Source: Takakia lepidozioides (Eukaryota > Plantae > Bryophyta). From it: a stretch of DNA of 64,000 nt. The stretch lies in the NCBI GenBank assembly GCA_030704615.1, contig CM060731.1, positions 39,308,001 to 39,372,000 of the forward strand, read 5' to 3'. Shown here one piece after another: positions 1-12,770 of this stretch (position 1 is the first letter of the stretch; each line of letters starts with the position of its first letter). A model generated the notes under the pieces. The model did no database searches. It had not been told where the DNA came from and saw nothing but the letters and a program-made list of their open reading frames with translations. The position numbers and the translations under genes were made by a program.

Positions 1-593
1 GTATGCCGAATGTGTTTGTGCGAATGTCTTTACATGCTCTTTTTTAAAATAAAGTTGGTTTGTGTAATCTACTACGTAAAGCAGCTATATATGTTTTTTC
101 ATCAATATGTAACAATGAAAGAAACTCATTAAATGTAATATCTAAACCCATATCCATTTTGTCCAACTCAGTAAATATTACAGTTGATATTTGATTCAAA
201 TGCATCAATTCTTGTTTGTTTAATTGTTCTGTTAAAGGTTCCAAAATTGTGGTAGAATTCATTGGGGGCAATGGATAATGAAAACGACATATAGCTTGAT
301 TCTTTTTCCTGCATGTTCGTTTGTGCCGATGGGTTTGAGCTTCACGTAGAATGGGTGGAAGAACATTACTATCGGATGTTATATATTTATCTACGGATTG
401 TTCAATTATATATTTTTATCAACCCCGTAAATTGGTGCATTAGCTATCCATAACATACCATGATCATGCTCACTGCCTCGGCTTTGAAATTTCGTTACAA
501 AGAAGAAATCATGGAGTGCTCCAAAAATGGTATGATCTTTCATACATAGATGTCTAAATGCACCCATTCGATGATCATAATATCGAGCACATG
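1..593 (-). pseudogene. Helitron Rep (HUH) domain, downstream part
   Basis: HUH motif FQSRGSEHDHGMLW, then QTHRHKRTCRKK..CRFHYPLPPM. Removing the LTR element and one ACATG copy restores DPVTCARYYDHRM with 7545 onward. The helicase would lie left of the window. Confidence 0.85.
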
Positions 594-1306
594 TGTCGCG
601 CACCTCACTTCGGTAAACTCCCCTTCAAGTCATAGTTACTCGCTTTGATACGCGCGCCTGACTCCCAACCTGGCCGCCGGGCCAACTTGGAGCTTCGGTT
701 GCTCACCGGGACATAACGGTCCCCTTTCGCTTCCATCTAAAACCCTCCACCTAATTGGGACTAGGAGAATTCCCTTTGGTAGATGGCAGTCCGGAACAGC
801 TCCCCACTCTTTGGTCGCTTTCCGGCTCGCTCGCTTACTCACTAGTTTTTGGTCACCAACGGGCTTGCACCGTTCTCGGGGTTACTACTCCCTATATATA
901 CTTCTGTAGCTGTCCGCGGGGGTTTCACAACCAGCCATGCCATTTTATGGCGAACCACCACGAAGACCCTCGATTCCCGGTGGTGAGTCGCGGTGAGTCT
1001 TGGCCCGCTCACCACGGCCCTATGGACCGTGATGAGTCCCAAGACTCCCCACGACTCCCACCACGAGGTCTCCGCCCCCATGGTGAGTCCTATGCCACCC
1101 CCACTAAGTCCCACTAAGCAACCACCACCCCTTGTGGAGCCACCCCCACCGCAACCCGGTGTGCGGGGCTCCACCTAGTGAGCGCCTCCGCCTTGGGCAC
1201 TCAAGGGTGCTTCAGCCCCCGTACCTATCGCTGCTACTGCCCCCACCACAGAGGCAGCCCCTCTTGTGTCCCGACCTCCCTACCCTCAAGGCAAAGGGCC
1301 GCGACA
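594..1306 (-). repeat. 3' LTR of chromovirus
   Basis: Near-identical to 6826-7544 (a few SNPs and small indels); purine tract GGTAGGGG immediately internal on the minus strand. Confidence 0.95.
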
Positions 1307-2212
1307 CACACCCCTACCAACAGGGAGTCGATGTCCTCATCGACTTGTCCATTTTGTAGAAACGAACATCCAAGTTGTGGCGTCCCACATCAAGGAGTTT
1401 GTTTCCGTACCATGGCGTCCCATGGCAAAGAACCAAACCCCATACTTGACTCTACTCTCCACTAGCTAGTTCGGCCGACTTCCTCCAAGTCCCGGCCAAG
1501 GGTGGAGCTTCTCCAGCTCCTCCCAGTGCACTCTTCTTGGCCTACTTCAAGGCCAAGGAACGATCCTCCCCGAGGATCGAATCGCCTTACTGCAACAACA
1601 TTGCTTGCGATCGCTCATGATGCCGCTTTTGGCATCACCTTGAGCAAGGGTTCACCTGGAACCCTCTTTGACTAGGAAGATAACCTTGAACCAACCGTGC
1701 GCCCCAATCACTACAATTGGGTCCGCCTTGGAATGCTGGCCTGAGGTACGGGAACACGCCGAAGCCGCACTACGACTTCGTCCCGAGGCTACACGATTAT
1801 AGTACGTGAACGGAAGCACGTAGCTTCCGCGTTAGCCCGCACTACAAGGCAACCCCCTCGGTAGCGCAGTTATAGTACGCGCACGCGCGCCAGGTGCGCA
1901 CTAGCACGTGAACTCCCAAAGAAGGCGCAAGTTTCCTTGCCCCTTGGATGGGAGTCACCCGATTTCGGCACTGCGCAAACACACGATTAACCCAATTTAC
2001 CTCTCCCACTTTTGTAAGCTAGCATGCATTCTACACACTAGCCAACCAACCATGCATCACCATTCCAAACACAATAGGACGCACAATATTTGGAACCCAT
2101 TTCTTTTATAACAAATTTTTGTACAATACAAGTTTTTGCAATCGGATTCCTGAGCTAGCTAAACCGGGCTAAGCATGCATTTCCTCCCCCACGCTCCAAG
2201 GTTGATGTCCCA

Positions 2213-5200
2213 TCAACGCGTCTTCCGCTTTTGAGGTCGCCCTTCGAAAGCTGCAACCGCCTCGGATGCGTTTCCCATTTCTGAGGCACGTACCCAAGAT
2301 GCCTCCACATGATGATAGCCCTTCCATTTGACGAGATACTCTTTTCTCGGTTCCTGAACCTCCTCGACTTAAGTATTGCCTCCACCTCGTACTCAGGTTC
2401 ATTTTCATGATCCAACAGCATAGGTGGCGGACGCAACACTTGATGCCGATTCGGACGCGCTTCATCTTTGAAGTAAGGCTTCAAAAGGGAGACATGGAAT
2501 ACTGGATGCACCTTGCTGTTTGCCGGCAGCTCCAATTCATACACATCCTCATTCATAACCTTCCGAATGCGAAAGGGTCCCGCATACGGAGGCACGAACT
2601 TCGGACTCACTTCCGGAGGTAGTCGGAAATTCTTGATGTTCAACCAGACCTCTGTGCCTGCCTCAAACTTCACTTCCCTCCGCTTCCGATTTGCCTGCCT
2701 TTCATACCGTTTCCTAGCTTTGGCAATATTGTACTTTGCGAGCTTCAACAAACGCTCGCGTTCTTCCAGTACCGCCGCTACTGCCGGTTCCTCAACGTCC
2801 TGGGCGGCCCAACTTGTCGGCACCAGAGGTGCTTTACCATAGACCAACACAAAAGGGGAAACTCCCGTTGTGGAGTGTTCTGTGTTATTATAACAGAACT
2901 CTGCCGCATCTAAGTGTTCCATCCAGTCTGATTGGTCTGCCGACACGTAATTCCGCAAGAATTGCTTCACTACGGAATTCACTCTTTCCGTTTGGCCGTC
3001 CGTCGTAGGTCAGAAGGCGGTGCTCATCTTCAGCCTTGTCCCCATCTTCTTCCAAAGTGCTCTCCAGAATTTACTCGTAAACTTTGGATCGCGGTCCGAG
3101 ACAATATCCTTCGGGACTCCATGATGCTTTAAGACGTGGGCGAAGTAAAGTCGCCCTGTCTCCTGCGCCGTTGCCGTCTCCTTGGTGGGGATGAAATGGC
3201 CCATTTTACTGAACCTATCTACCACCACCATGATTGCATCGAATCCTTTTGACAGCGGCATAGCAGTCATGAAATCCATCGAGACGCTTTCCCAAGTCCC
3301 CTCTGGAATCGGCAAGGGTTGTAACAGCCCCGCTTGCTTTTTGTACTCGCTCCGATTTTGTTGGCATGTGGTGCATGTCTTGATATACTCCTCTGCCTCC
3401 TCCCTCAGTTTGGGCCAGAAATACTCTTTCTTCAAGAGTGCCGCAGTGCGCTTGGCTCCACCGTGGCCCGCAAGCGGGCTATCATGGCATTCTCTCAAGA
3501 GAGTATCCCTGATCCCTCCCTTCGGCACGTAGAGACGCTTTTGCTTATACCGGAGCAGTCCATTTTGCAAGTGGAACTGCGATTTAACCCCCATCCTCAA
3601 GTCCTGCATCACGGACTTCGCCAGCTCATCCTTCCGGCAAGCCTTCCGGATCTTCTTGGAGTGCCGTCTCGCCCTTGTACACCAACAAGAGCTGCTGCTT
3701 TCTACTTAAAGCATCGGCCACCACATTGTCCCGTCCCGGTTTGTACTGGATATCCACGTCGAACACTACCAAAGTATCTTGTCACCTAAGTTGTTTTGGG
3801 GACAACTTGGGCTGCGTGGTAAAATACTTCACCGTGACATTGTCCGTGAACACCTTCACTGGGTTGGAACCAACATAGTGGCGCCAGAGCTCAAGGCAAT
3901 GCACCACCGCCTTCATCTTTTTTTCGTGCGTCGGCCACCGTCGCTCCACTTCATTCAGTTTCTTACTTTCGTAAGCCACTGGACGTCCATCTTGCATAAG
4001 TACACCCCCAATCGCGAAGTCCGATGCATCTGTATGAATCTCAAACGGACGATCGAACTCCGGGATTTTCAAGACTGGAGCTTCCGTCATCCGCTGCTTC
4101 AATTCAGCAAAAGCTTGGCCACAAAATGTGTTCCATACCCAGACTTTGGATTTACACAGAAGGTCCGACAGCGGCCCCGCGATCTTGGCGAAATTTCTCA
4201 CATACTTCCGGTAATAGGAGGCGAGTCCTAGGAAGGATCGCACTCCCGGGACCGAAGTCGGAGGCTCCCAGTCCAAGATCGCCCTCACCTTTCTGTCATC
4301 CATTTTGATCTCATCCTGTGTAATCACATGCCCCAAGAACTCCACTTTTGTGACCCCGAATTCGCACTTTGAAGCTTTGGCATACAGCTTCATTTCTCGC
4401 AATTTTTGGAACACCCTTTTGAGGTGCTCCAGGTGCTCCTCCTTTGTTTTCGAGTACACCAAGATGTCGTCGATGTACACGATCACAAAGTCATCCAACC
4501 ACTCCTGGAAAAGGCTGTTCATCAGCGTGCTAAATGTCGCTGGTGCATTGGTGAGCCCAAAAGGCATCACCAAGAACTCATATGAACCATACCTTGTCCT
4601 GCACGTGGTCTTCTCCTCATCTCCTTCCGCCACCCGAATTTGGTGATAGCCGGAGCGCAAGTCGATCCGGCTGAAATACTTCGCTCCTGCCAACTGATCG
4701 AAGAGGTCGTCGATCCTTGGCAAAGGGTACCGGTTTTTGATAGTCACCTTATTCAGAGCCCTGTAATCGACACACATCCGCAGCGTCCCATCCTTCTTGT
4801 CTGCAAATAGCACCGGGGCTCCGTAAGGTGACTTACTCGGCCGGATGTACCCCTTTGACATTAGATCCTTGAGCTGAGTCTTCAGCTCGACCAACTCTCT
4901 GTGGCTCAACCGGTAGGGCGCCTTGGCAGGCGGTTCCGATCCTGGTATCACCTCAATCTTGTGGTCAACTCCTCTTCGCGGTGGCAAACCGCTTGGTAAT
5001 TCCTCCGGCATCACATCCTGGTATTTCTCCAAAATCCCCTTGATCCAATCTGGGCTCGGCTCCCCATCGCCTTCTCCCTTCACTTCTCTAATGTTAAGCA
5101 AGAACTGGGGTTCGTGTGCCTCCTCCACGGCCCACTCCCTTGCTGACAGAAGGTTTATTCGCCCTCCCACGGATTTGGGCGTTTCCGACACTCATAAGAC

Positions 5201-6770
5201 CTCGCCACCATTCCCACATGGCAGCGTGACTACTCTCTTGCGGCCATCTATGACCGCTCCGGATTTGCTCAAAAAGGTCATCCCTAAAATGAGATCTACT
5301 CCATCGATCTCGCAGATGGTGAAGTTCTCACGTCCCTCCCAACTCCCCAGTTGAAGAGGAACATCTATCGCCAACCTTGTCGCCAACTGTGGTTCTCTTT
5401 TGGCAGAACGCACCTCAATAGAGGCCCCACGTCACTTGTCGGGAGTCCCAGCTTTTGTGCCGTTGCCGGTGTCATGAAGGAGTGCGACGCTCCTGTGTCC
5501 ACCAACAACGACACATTAGTTCCGGATATTATCCCATCCACGAACAATAACTGACTCTCTTTTCGTAAGGTGCCAGTTTTCTGATACAACTCACAAGAAA
5601 ATTTGCCTACCTTGCAAGTCCTGGCGACCACCGCTTCCACCAAGCGACTGATGGTATCTTCCGATAGCTCCGTGGTCGCCCGAGTCATGTTCAATTGCTG
5701 GGGCTTCGTGCACTTCTTGGCCATGTGTCCGGGCTCCCCGCAATTGAAACACACTCCATCAAAGGTCGCCTTCTGTCCGCCATAAGCCGCTCCACCCGCT
5801 TTTCCTTTCGGAGCACCGGGTGCCGCCTTGACGTGTGAAGGCCCTCCCTTCGATTTGCACGTGCCATTATCGCCGCGTGGCCTATCCCACTTCTTTTCCG
5901 GTCGGAAGGAGTCACCTTCCCGCCGAATCTTCTTGTGGTTCAGCTCCGTACGGCCTTGTCTTTCACCCCTAGGGACATCCGAGAAACATTCAGCCCTCTC
6001 AATTGCCTCGTTCAAAGTCTTGGGTGGCTTCTCCTCCAACTTCCGCCTGGCCCATGGGGCCAGTCCCGCCACAAAGTTGAAGACCATTTATGGTTCTGCC
6101 ATGTCCGCGACTTCGAGCAACAGCACATTGAAAGCCTGGACGTACCCCGAATGTCATCTGTTTGCTTCAAATTCCTCATCTTGTCCCGGGCAAGCCAGGA
6201 CGCGTTGAGGGGCACAAACTGTCTCTTCAACAATTCCTTGAACCCACTCCAGTTCAAGGTTTCCGGACTTGGACCTCGGTCGTGAAGGCGTTTCTGCCAC
6301 CATTGTTGAGCATAGCCCCTCAAATAGGTGGGAGCCACTTCCACGCGATCCTCGTCACTCAACTTGGCCGCCCGGAAGTACTGCTCCAGCTCCAAGAACC
6401 AGGTGTTGAGTGTCTTCTGATTTTGGACGCCCTCGAATGTGCCGGGTTCCTTAGGCTTCACCTTAAACTTTGCCTTAGTGGAAGTGGCATTAGCCGCCTT
6501 CAGCACGTCTTTCAACGTCCCGCCAAACTGCGCCAACAACCCTTCCCAAAAGGCTGCCGGCATGGGAGACATCTCTTGGTTTGTCGGAGCTCTCAAGGAT
6601 TCCTCGGGCTCCGACTCCTCGGATTCCTCCCGCTCTTGGGCGGCCTCGTTTTCGGAAACAAGCATCGCTTCCTCAAACGGCTGCCTCGGTGACACGCCGC
6701 CCCCATCGGGCTCACCGGGATCATCATCTTTTGGGCCGTTCCGCTTTCGCTTCGGCTTGCCCGACCCCAT
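2213..6770 (-). pseudogene. gag-pol polyprotein with C-terminal chromodomain
   Basis: Gag; CFNCGEPGHMAKKC knuckle; protease LVDTGAS; RT YIDD; RNase H TDAS; integrase HHCC, DDE core and GPF motif; chromodomain YEVEAIL..(frameshift)..EYLVKWKGY..ASW. In-frame TGA stops at 3782 and 3010 plus frameshifts. Confidence 0.93.
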
Positions 6771-6811
6771 GATGAGGCCAATCCCAAGGACGAACGCGTA
6801 CTGAACTCTAA

Positions 6812-6823
6812 GCTCTGATACCA
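6812..6823 (-). promoter_or_regulatory. Primer binding site (tRNA-iMet)
   Basis: TGGTATCAGAGC on the minus strand, 2 nt from the 5' LTR. Confidence 0.93.
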
Positions 6824-6825
6824 AG

Positions 6826-7544
6826 TGTCGCGCACCTCACTTCGGTAAACTCCCCTTCAAGTCATAGTTACTCGCTTTGATGCGCGCGCCTGACTCCCAA
6901 CCTGGCTGCCGGGCCAACTTGGAGCTTCGGCTGCTCACCGGGACATAACGGTCCCCTTTCGCTTCCCTCTAAAACCCTCCACCTAATTGGGACTAGGAGA
7001 ATTCCCTTTGGTAGATGGCAGTCCGGAACAGCTCCCCACTCTTTGGTCGCTTTCCGGCTCGCTCGCTTAATTTTTGGTCACTAACGGGCTTGCACCGTTC
7101 TCGGGGTTACTACTCCCTATATATACTTCTGTAGCTGTCCGCGGGGGTTTCACAACCAGCCATGCCATTTTATGGCGAACCACCACGAAGACCCTCGATT
7201 CCCGGTGGTGAGTCGCGGTGAGTTTTGGCCCGCTCACCACGGCCCCTATGGACCGTGATGAGTCCCAAGACTCCCCACGACTCCCACCACGAGGTCTCCG
7301 CCCCCATGGTGAGTCCTATGCCACCCCCACTAAGTCCCACTAAGCTACCACCACCCCTTGTGGAGCCACCCCCACCGCAACCCGGTGTGCGGGGCTCCAC
7401 CTAGTGAGCGCCTCCGCCTCCTTGAGTGCCTTGGGCACTCAAGGGTGCTTCAGCCCCCGTACCTATCGCTGCTACTGCCCCCACCACAGAGGCAGCCCCT
7501 CTTGTGTCCCGACCTCCCTGCCCTCAAGGCAAAGGGCCGCGACA
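6826..7544 (-). repeat. 5' LTR of chromovirus
   Basis: TG...CA termini, next to the PBS, followed by TSD ACATG. Confidence 0.95.
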
Positions 7545-7952
7545 ACATGTAACTGGATCCGATCTTACCAATTCAACAACGTGTTTACTTTCCAAATTTT
7601 GGAATTCCCAAATTTTTATGATTGAGTGAATGGATGGTTTGCAGTAAAGATGGTCATTTACTTTCTGCACTTGTAAATGTGACAAAGAAAGTTGGTGGTC
7701 CTAGTTGTCGAATCATTGCAAAGGCCTCTTTTCGGAGACGAGCCAAATAATCTGGCGATGTTCGTAATCTTTCCAAATCCCTATAGCCTAGATCCGAATG
7801 TAATAATTTATCTAAATTTGGTTTTTCAGTAAGCTCGTCCGCTTTCAATTATCTACCAAGAAGTTTACCTTTACGAATACGAATCCATGAAGATGATGTA
7901 ACACCATGAATTAATACTTTGATAGCTTTAAAAAAAAAAATTGGAATATGTC
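7545..7952 (-). pseudogene. Helitron Rep, motif 1 region
   Basis: HIPIFFFKAIK...LRTSPDY...AFAMIRQLGPPTFFVTFTSAE, typical Helitron Rep motif 1. Confidence 0.85.
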
Positions 7953-8313
7953 TCTTTACATCACCTCGCCTTCCACTCCACACTTCAAACGAGTGTGTGC
8001 CACATGTGGCCTCGAGGACATAGCACGTCAGGATGACGGCTTGTTCTTTTGTAATGCTTGCAAAATAACAAGTCACTGTGCCCTTCATGTTTGTATAGCT
8101 GGTAGCATTCAGGGTGTGGATGGAATTGTGCAGGTGTATGTCAATTCAGATTGGGTGGAGGCCATAGTGGGCATGACCGAGGAAGATCTGAAAAATGCTC
8201 ATAGAACAAACAGGTTTTCCATTATCAAGGCGTTCTCTAGCGTGTGTCATGTGGGATGGTTTTCTTTGAACCCTGTGGGGGATTTGGTTGGATTCGAAGA
8301 ACATGCAGCATAG
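7951..8313 (+). pseudogene. C-terminal Zn-ribbon/OB-fold part of an RPA70-like gene (in the inverted segment)
   Basis: CATC...CNAC zinc ribbon; joins in frame to the minus-strand ...VMISFYFQ ending at 10895. Confidence 0.6.
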
Positions 8314-8977
8314 TTTTTTTGCTGCATTCAAGTGCATGCTAGACTAGAGGGCTGCTTTCAGGTGTATCAGGCTTTACAATAGTTTAGTGTATGCTCGGAT
8401 TTCCTCGGATTAACTTGGACTTCCTACATCTATAGGCTATTTGGTTTCATGGTGCTGCTTCATATGTGAAGCATTTTTCCTGAGCATCTCTACTTAGTCA
8501 AAGTAGTTCTTACCATGACAATATAGCCCACACAGCATGATTGGATTTTGATAATCCATTTTTGTGAGTTGTGTGTGGTTTATGGTTGCAATATATGAGT
8601 ACTTTGACAATATTGTGCTATTCTTGTGTGTTCTTTCAGTTTTACAGACTTCAGCCTTTCAATTTACAGCTACATTTTCAGCCAGTCCCTCAGTTAATCA
8701 GCCAGTCTCTCACTTAATTTTTCCATTCAGATTTATCTACTACAATATTTATGAAATTTAATTCATCCAAACATATAATTTACTATTACTATTGTTCAAC
8801 AACTCTTTATTCAACGTTCATTGCTTTGTACATTGTTTGTTTGTGTTCTTATAAGATTTTCAAAATCTATCTAATCTGGCCAACCTCCATTAATATTATT
8901 TTCTGTTATAATACAACTTGAACCTTAATTCAGTTTTTTTACAACCTTATTTTTATATCTAATTTACTCTCTTAATA

Positions 8978-9460
8978 ATGGATACAGAGATAGACTTAAT
9001 ATTACAATCTCAGGATTTGCATCGTGTACACGATTACCATTATGTTGTTGGAGACTGTTTATTTGATTCGGTTGCTTATTTGCTGCATTATGAAATATCA
9101 TCTACAGATCTCCGTCGTCAAACCATGAAACATTTTCTGCAAACTTTACAATTGTCCACTGATAAGGTGGCCGAAATGATTCAAATCCACTTTTCTTCGG
9201 ACGACCTCTATGAGTTACATGGTGTTCGCACAATTGATGAATTTGTTTAACAAATGTCTCAAAGTGTTGTTTGTGGAGGTTTAGAAGGTGATAATCGTGC
9301 CATTTTTTGTTTAGCAAATTATTTACAAAGACCCATTTGGTTATGGTCTCGAGTAAATAAAAGAATAATGTTTTCTGTGGGTGATCAATTTGTTGCGCAT
9401 ACCCCTCTCCAACTACTTTATGACGATAGACACGCTACGAAGATGGACATTTTGAACCTA
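8978..9460 (+). pseudogene. OTU-like cysteine protease domain of the Helitron
   Basis: GDCLFDSVAYLL, GDNRAIFCLANYLQRPIWLWS, LLYDD..GHFEP (His in a shifted frame); internal stop at 9250. Confidence 0.65.
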
Positions 9461-9949
9461 TTATTTTTAAAAGAACTCATTGCACTTCAAATGTTATGCC
9501 GTTGCTTTCGATTTCGAATTCTCAGTTGCTTTCGATTTCGGGATTTGCAACATCGGTACAACCTTCTTTGATATCACAACATGTCACTAAAAAAATATGT
9601 CAACAACAAAATGATATTATGAACAACACCAATGTAACCCCGAAAACACCTCGTTTTCAATGGCTACCAACTCATGATGAACACATGTTCAATTAGATGG
9701 TCGAGTTTCCGTCGTCCACTCTCAAAGACATAGCGTAGATCTTCTCCCGTCATTATGCAACTTTGAATCTCACATTTACTCAAATTTATTCTCATTTGCG
9801 ACGAATTAATAATGAAAGAAAGTATATCGCAAAACAAAATACACCGCAAATTGATTCTCCCATTGCTCCTGAAAGTTCAGTCCAACCAATACCTCTTCAT
9901 TCATTGCATCATTCCAACAATAATCCCATTGAAATTCATGTCAACTCTG

Positions 9950-10894
9950 CTCATCGCAGTAAATACATAGAAAAATTGTCTGATACACCGGTGCATCCAT
10001 GTATGTGTTGTCATTGACTATGTTTTAAAAAACAAATTGTTACACCGACAAAAAAATTGTTAAAAAAATTAGCCGTGTATATTCCTATTGTAACAACGGA
10101 ACAAAATCATGGACAAATGTTTATATGTCGAAGTTGTAAATTAATATTTGTCCACGATAAATCTCCTAAATATGTAGTTCATAACATAATTCATTTAAAT
10201 GCTCCTATTAATAATGTTCAAAACCTCAAAGCGTTTGAGGAAATATTAATTGCACCACGTATGGCATTTGCCCAAATATATCAATTGCAAGGTTATGGCC
10301 AATATGGTATACGTGGTAGCATTATGAACGTTCCATCAAATGTTAACAATACACAATCAGTTTTACCTCGCATGTTGAATGACGATACCATTGGAGTACT
10401 TTTAAAACGTCGTCTGGAATATAAATCTCCATATTTATCAGGAACTATTCGTCCCAATTTTATTATGTTGGCTTTACATGATCTTGTTACTACTCTATTA
10501 TACATAGAAGCTAATGTTACCATTCGACCACAATGGTTAGGATTATTTGCACTGTCCCATCAAACAGAACAAAATTATATAAATATCGATGAACCATTAG
10601 AAGAATTTAATGAAATATCTCAAGATGAGTTTGAGGAAGTTGTCGAAAATACTACTAGCGATACTCTGGTATAAAATATCCTCACTTCAGAGCAAATACA
10701 AGTATTTCATGATGGTCTATTAACAGTAGCTCATTCTCAAGACTTTAAACCATTGGGTCTTTTCCAAGATACTCATAGTGAAGAATTGAATTTTCCTACT
10801 TTGTTTTTTGGACATCCTCGATCAAACACTGGTTCATTGTCTTATCAAGCCATTGCATAATGGGAACTATTACATAAAGATCATGATTTCGCGA
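9950..10894 (+). pseudogene. Helitron RepHel N-terminal region (DUF6570-like), inverted
   Basis: CMCCH, CRSC, EEILIAPR, GQYGIRGSIMNVP, LKRRLEYKS, EELNFPTLF, WELLHKDHDFA. Confidence 0.75.
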
Positions 10895-11855
10895 TTGAAA
10901 ATAAAAAGAGATCATTACCTAGGTAGCTATGTCATGTCCTCCATGGGCTGTGTGGGCATTATACACTTGCTGCAAAGCGGCACATGTGTCATCATCCAAA
11001 ACAGGAGCGAAAATGGTACAAGGGAATTTGACCAGCCGCACGTCACCGCTCTGAGTTGCCCCAATGTTTTTGAAAAGTGCATATGTAGCACCTCCCCTAT
11101 GAAACTGCTGGACTAACCGCTCATATTCTGCATGGAATGCTGGCAGAAAAATGACCTTCATACACTCAAACAATACCATTACTACTCCATAATAAATTTA
11201 AAATAATATAACAAAGAAAAGACCAAAAACAAACAAATGGTAAGAGACTTACAATCTGAACATCCAGCTGAGAAGGTTCATCCGCCACTGTCAGCTCGAA
11301 ATGTTGTTCCACATGACCACATACTCCTATAACCACCACAATAATAGTGGCGGTAGCAAACTTTTCATAGATTTTTTTTGAGAAAGCACTTATGGTGTCT
11401 TTGCAAAAGAAGTTGAGTATTGGAGGGCTCTGAAATGGTGCTATGACCTGCACAAGGGTGGCGGAGGTAATCTTCAAACAGTACATCAAATCATCTCTCT
11501 CGAACTTAAGCTTAGGACGCACGGAGAAATTCTCCAAGCGCACATAAGCGCATTTGCAGAACTTCTCTGAGTGTGTTTGGACCAATGACCCGGACACAGT
11601 AACACTGACCGTTGTGAAACCAAGCCTGTCTGTGAGATCACAATGCAAATATGACCATGTGCTGGGAGACTCCTGAATAGAGGGCTTGTTCACATTGCCA
11701 TACCTACTCAGTATAAGACCCTCAAAAGCTGTATCTCGGACTGTAAGATCTAGGTCGTCTACACACAGCAGAGGGCGTTCTCGCTTCACTGAACCTGCTA
11801 TAGCTTCAAACTTAAAGAGACCAGGTAGCTGAGAATGAAGGAAGAGGGAGAACAA
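10895..11855 (-). pseudogene. RPA70-like OB-fold ssDNA-binding gene, N-terminal part
   Basis: OB-fold-like strands (YLHCDLTD, YVRLENFSV, IIVVVIGV); Helitron context; continues across the inversion breakpoint. Confidence 0.5.
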
Positions 11856-12289
11856 GAAGAAAGCAAGTGAGGTTGAGAGAAAGAGAAGTGCACCTTTATA
11901 CTATGGAGTCGTGCTCTTCTTGTGTTCTTCTTTGATGATGAGTAGTTATGAATGTGGCAGAGGAAGGGAGACACATCGCCGTCGTTGCAGCAGACCAAAG
12001 TGGCAGAGGTTGAAAGTGTTCGAGTTGACTCTAAGTGCGTCGTGCGCCGTAGAAGTCATAAATGAAGAAGAGAATGAAAGAGATTTTTTTTATAAAAATA
12101 AATTATAAATATTAAAAAATAAATAAAAAATAAAATTCTAAGTCCTAAACTTTGCGACATGTGTCCTTTCATCCAAAACTGAATGAAAAACAGTCATTTT
12201 CGTTTGTTTTTGGGTCACTCTGCCACCCTTTTATATTTCATCCCCCTCCGTGGCCACCTTATCATCCTCCTCCGTCGCCACCTTTTTCA

Positions 12290-12770
12290 TTTTACTTGAA
12301 CTTTTCAATTAAAGGCACTACTTTCTGCAAAAGCCAATAGCAAAAGTTCGTACCCAAAACCTTCGCAATTGTTAATCAGTGCTCTATACCACCAAATCCA
12401 AGCCAATTATTGAAAATAGTTGCGCACTACAATATATATATTATAAATTTTGTTCCACTAGTTTTAATCTCTGTTTTGCTCTTTGGTACACATAGTTGGG
12501 CTTTTTTCCCTTGCCCATTTGTTGCTACCTTCTTCATTTTAAGTTAACTTTTCCATCCAAGGCACTACTTTCTGCAAAAGTGAAAAGTACAGGTTCGATC
12601 CCACAACCTTTGCCATCCTACACCATCAAGTCCATACCAATTATTAAGTATCACTTACTACTACAATCTTTATATTGTAAGATATGATCGAGTAGTTTCA
12701 TATTAAATTCTGTTTTACGCTATGGTACTCATACTTGGACTTTTTTCCCTTCCCCATTTTACAGGTCATC
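12290..12770. repeat. Degenerate tandem duplication, period about 245 bp
   Basis: AAGGCACTACTTTCTGCAAAAG near 12312 and 12559; TTGGRCTTTTTTCCCTT near 12496 and 12735. Confidence 0.6.

Larger units (their letters stand above)
594..7544 (-). mobile_element. Full-length Ty3/gypsy chromovirus (Galadriel-like), decayed
   Basis: LTRs 594-1306 and 6826-7544 with TGTCGC...GCGACA termini; 5-bp TSD ACATG (589-593, 7545-7549); iMet PBS; Gag-PR-RT-RH-IN-chromodomain order. Confidence 0.95.

Noticed and set aside
636-1469. Short ORFs in and next to the LTR
   Set aside because: GC-rich LTR sequence; frames differ between the two LTR copies.
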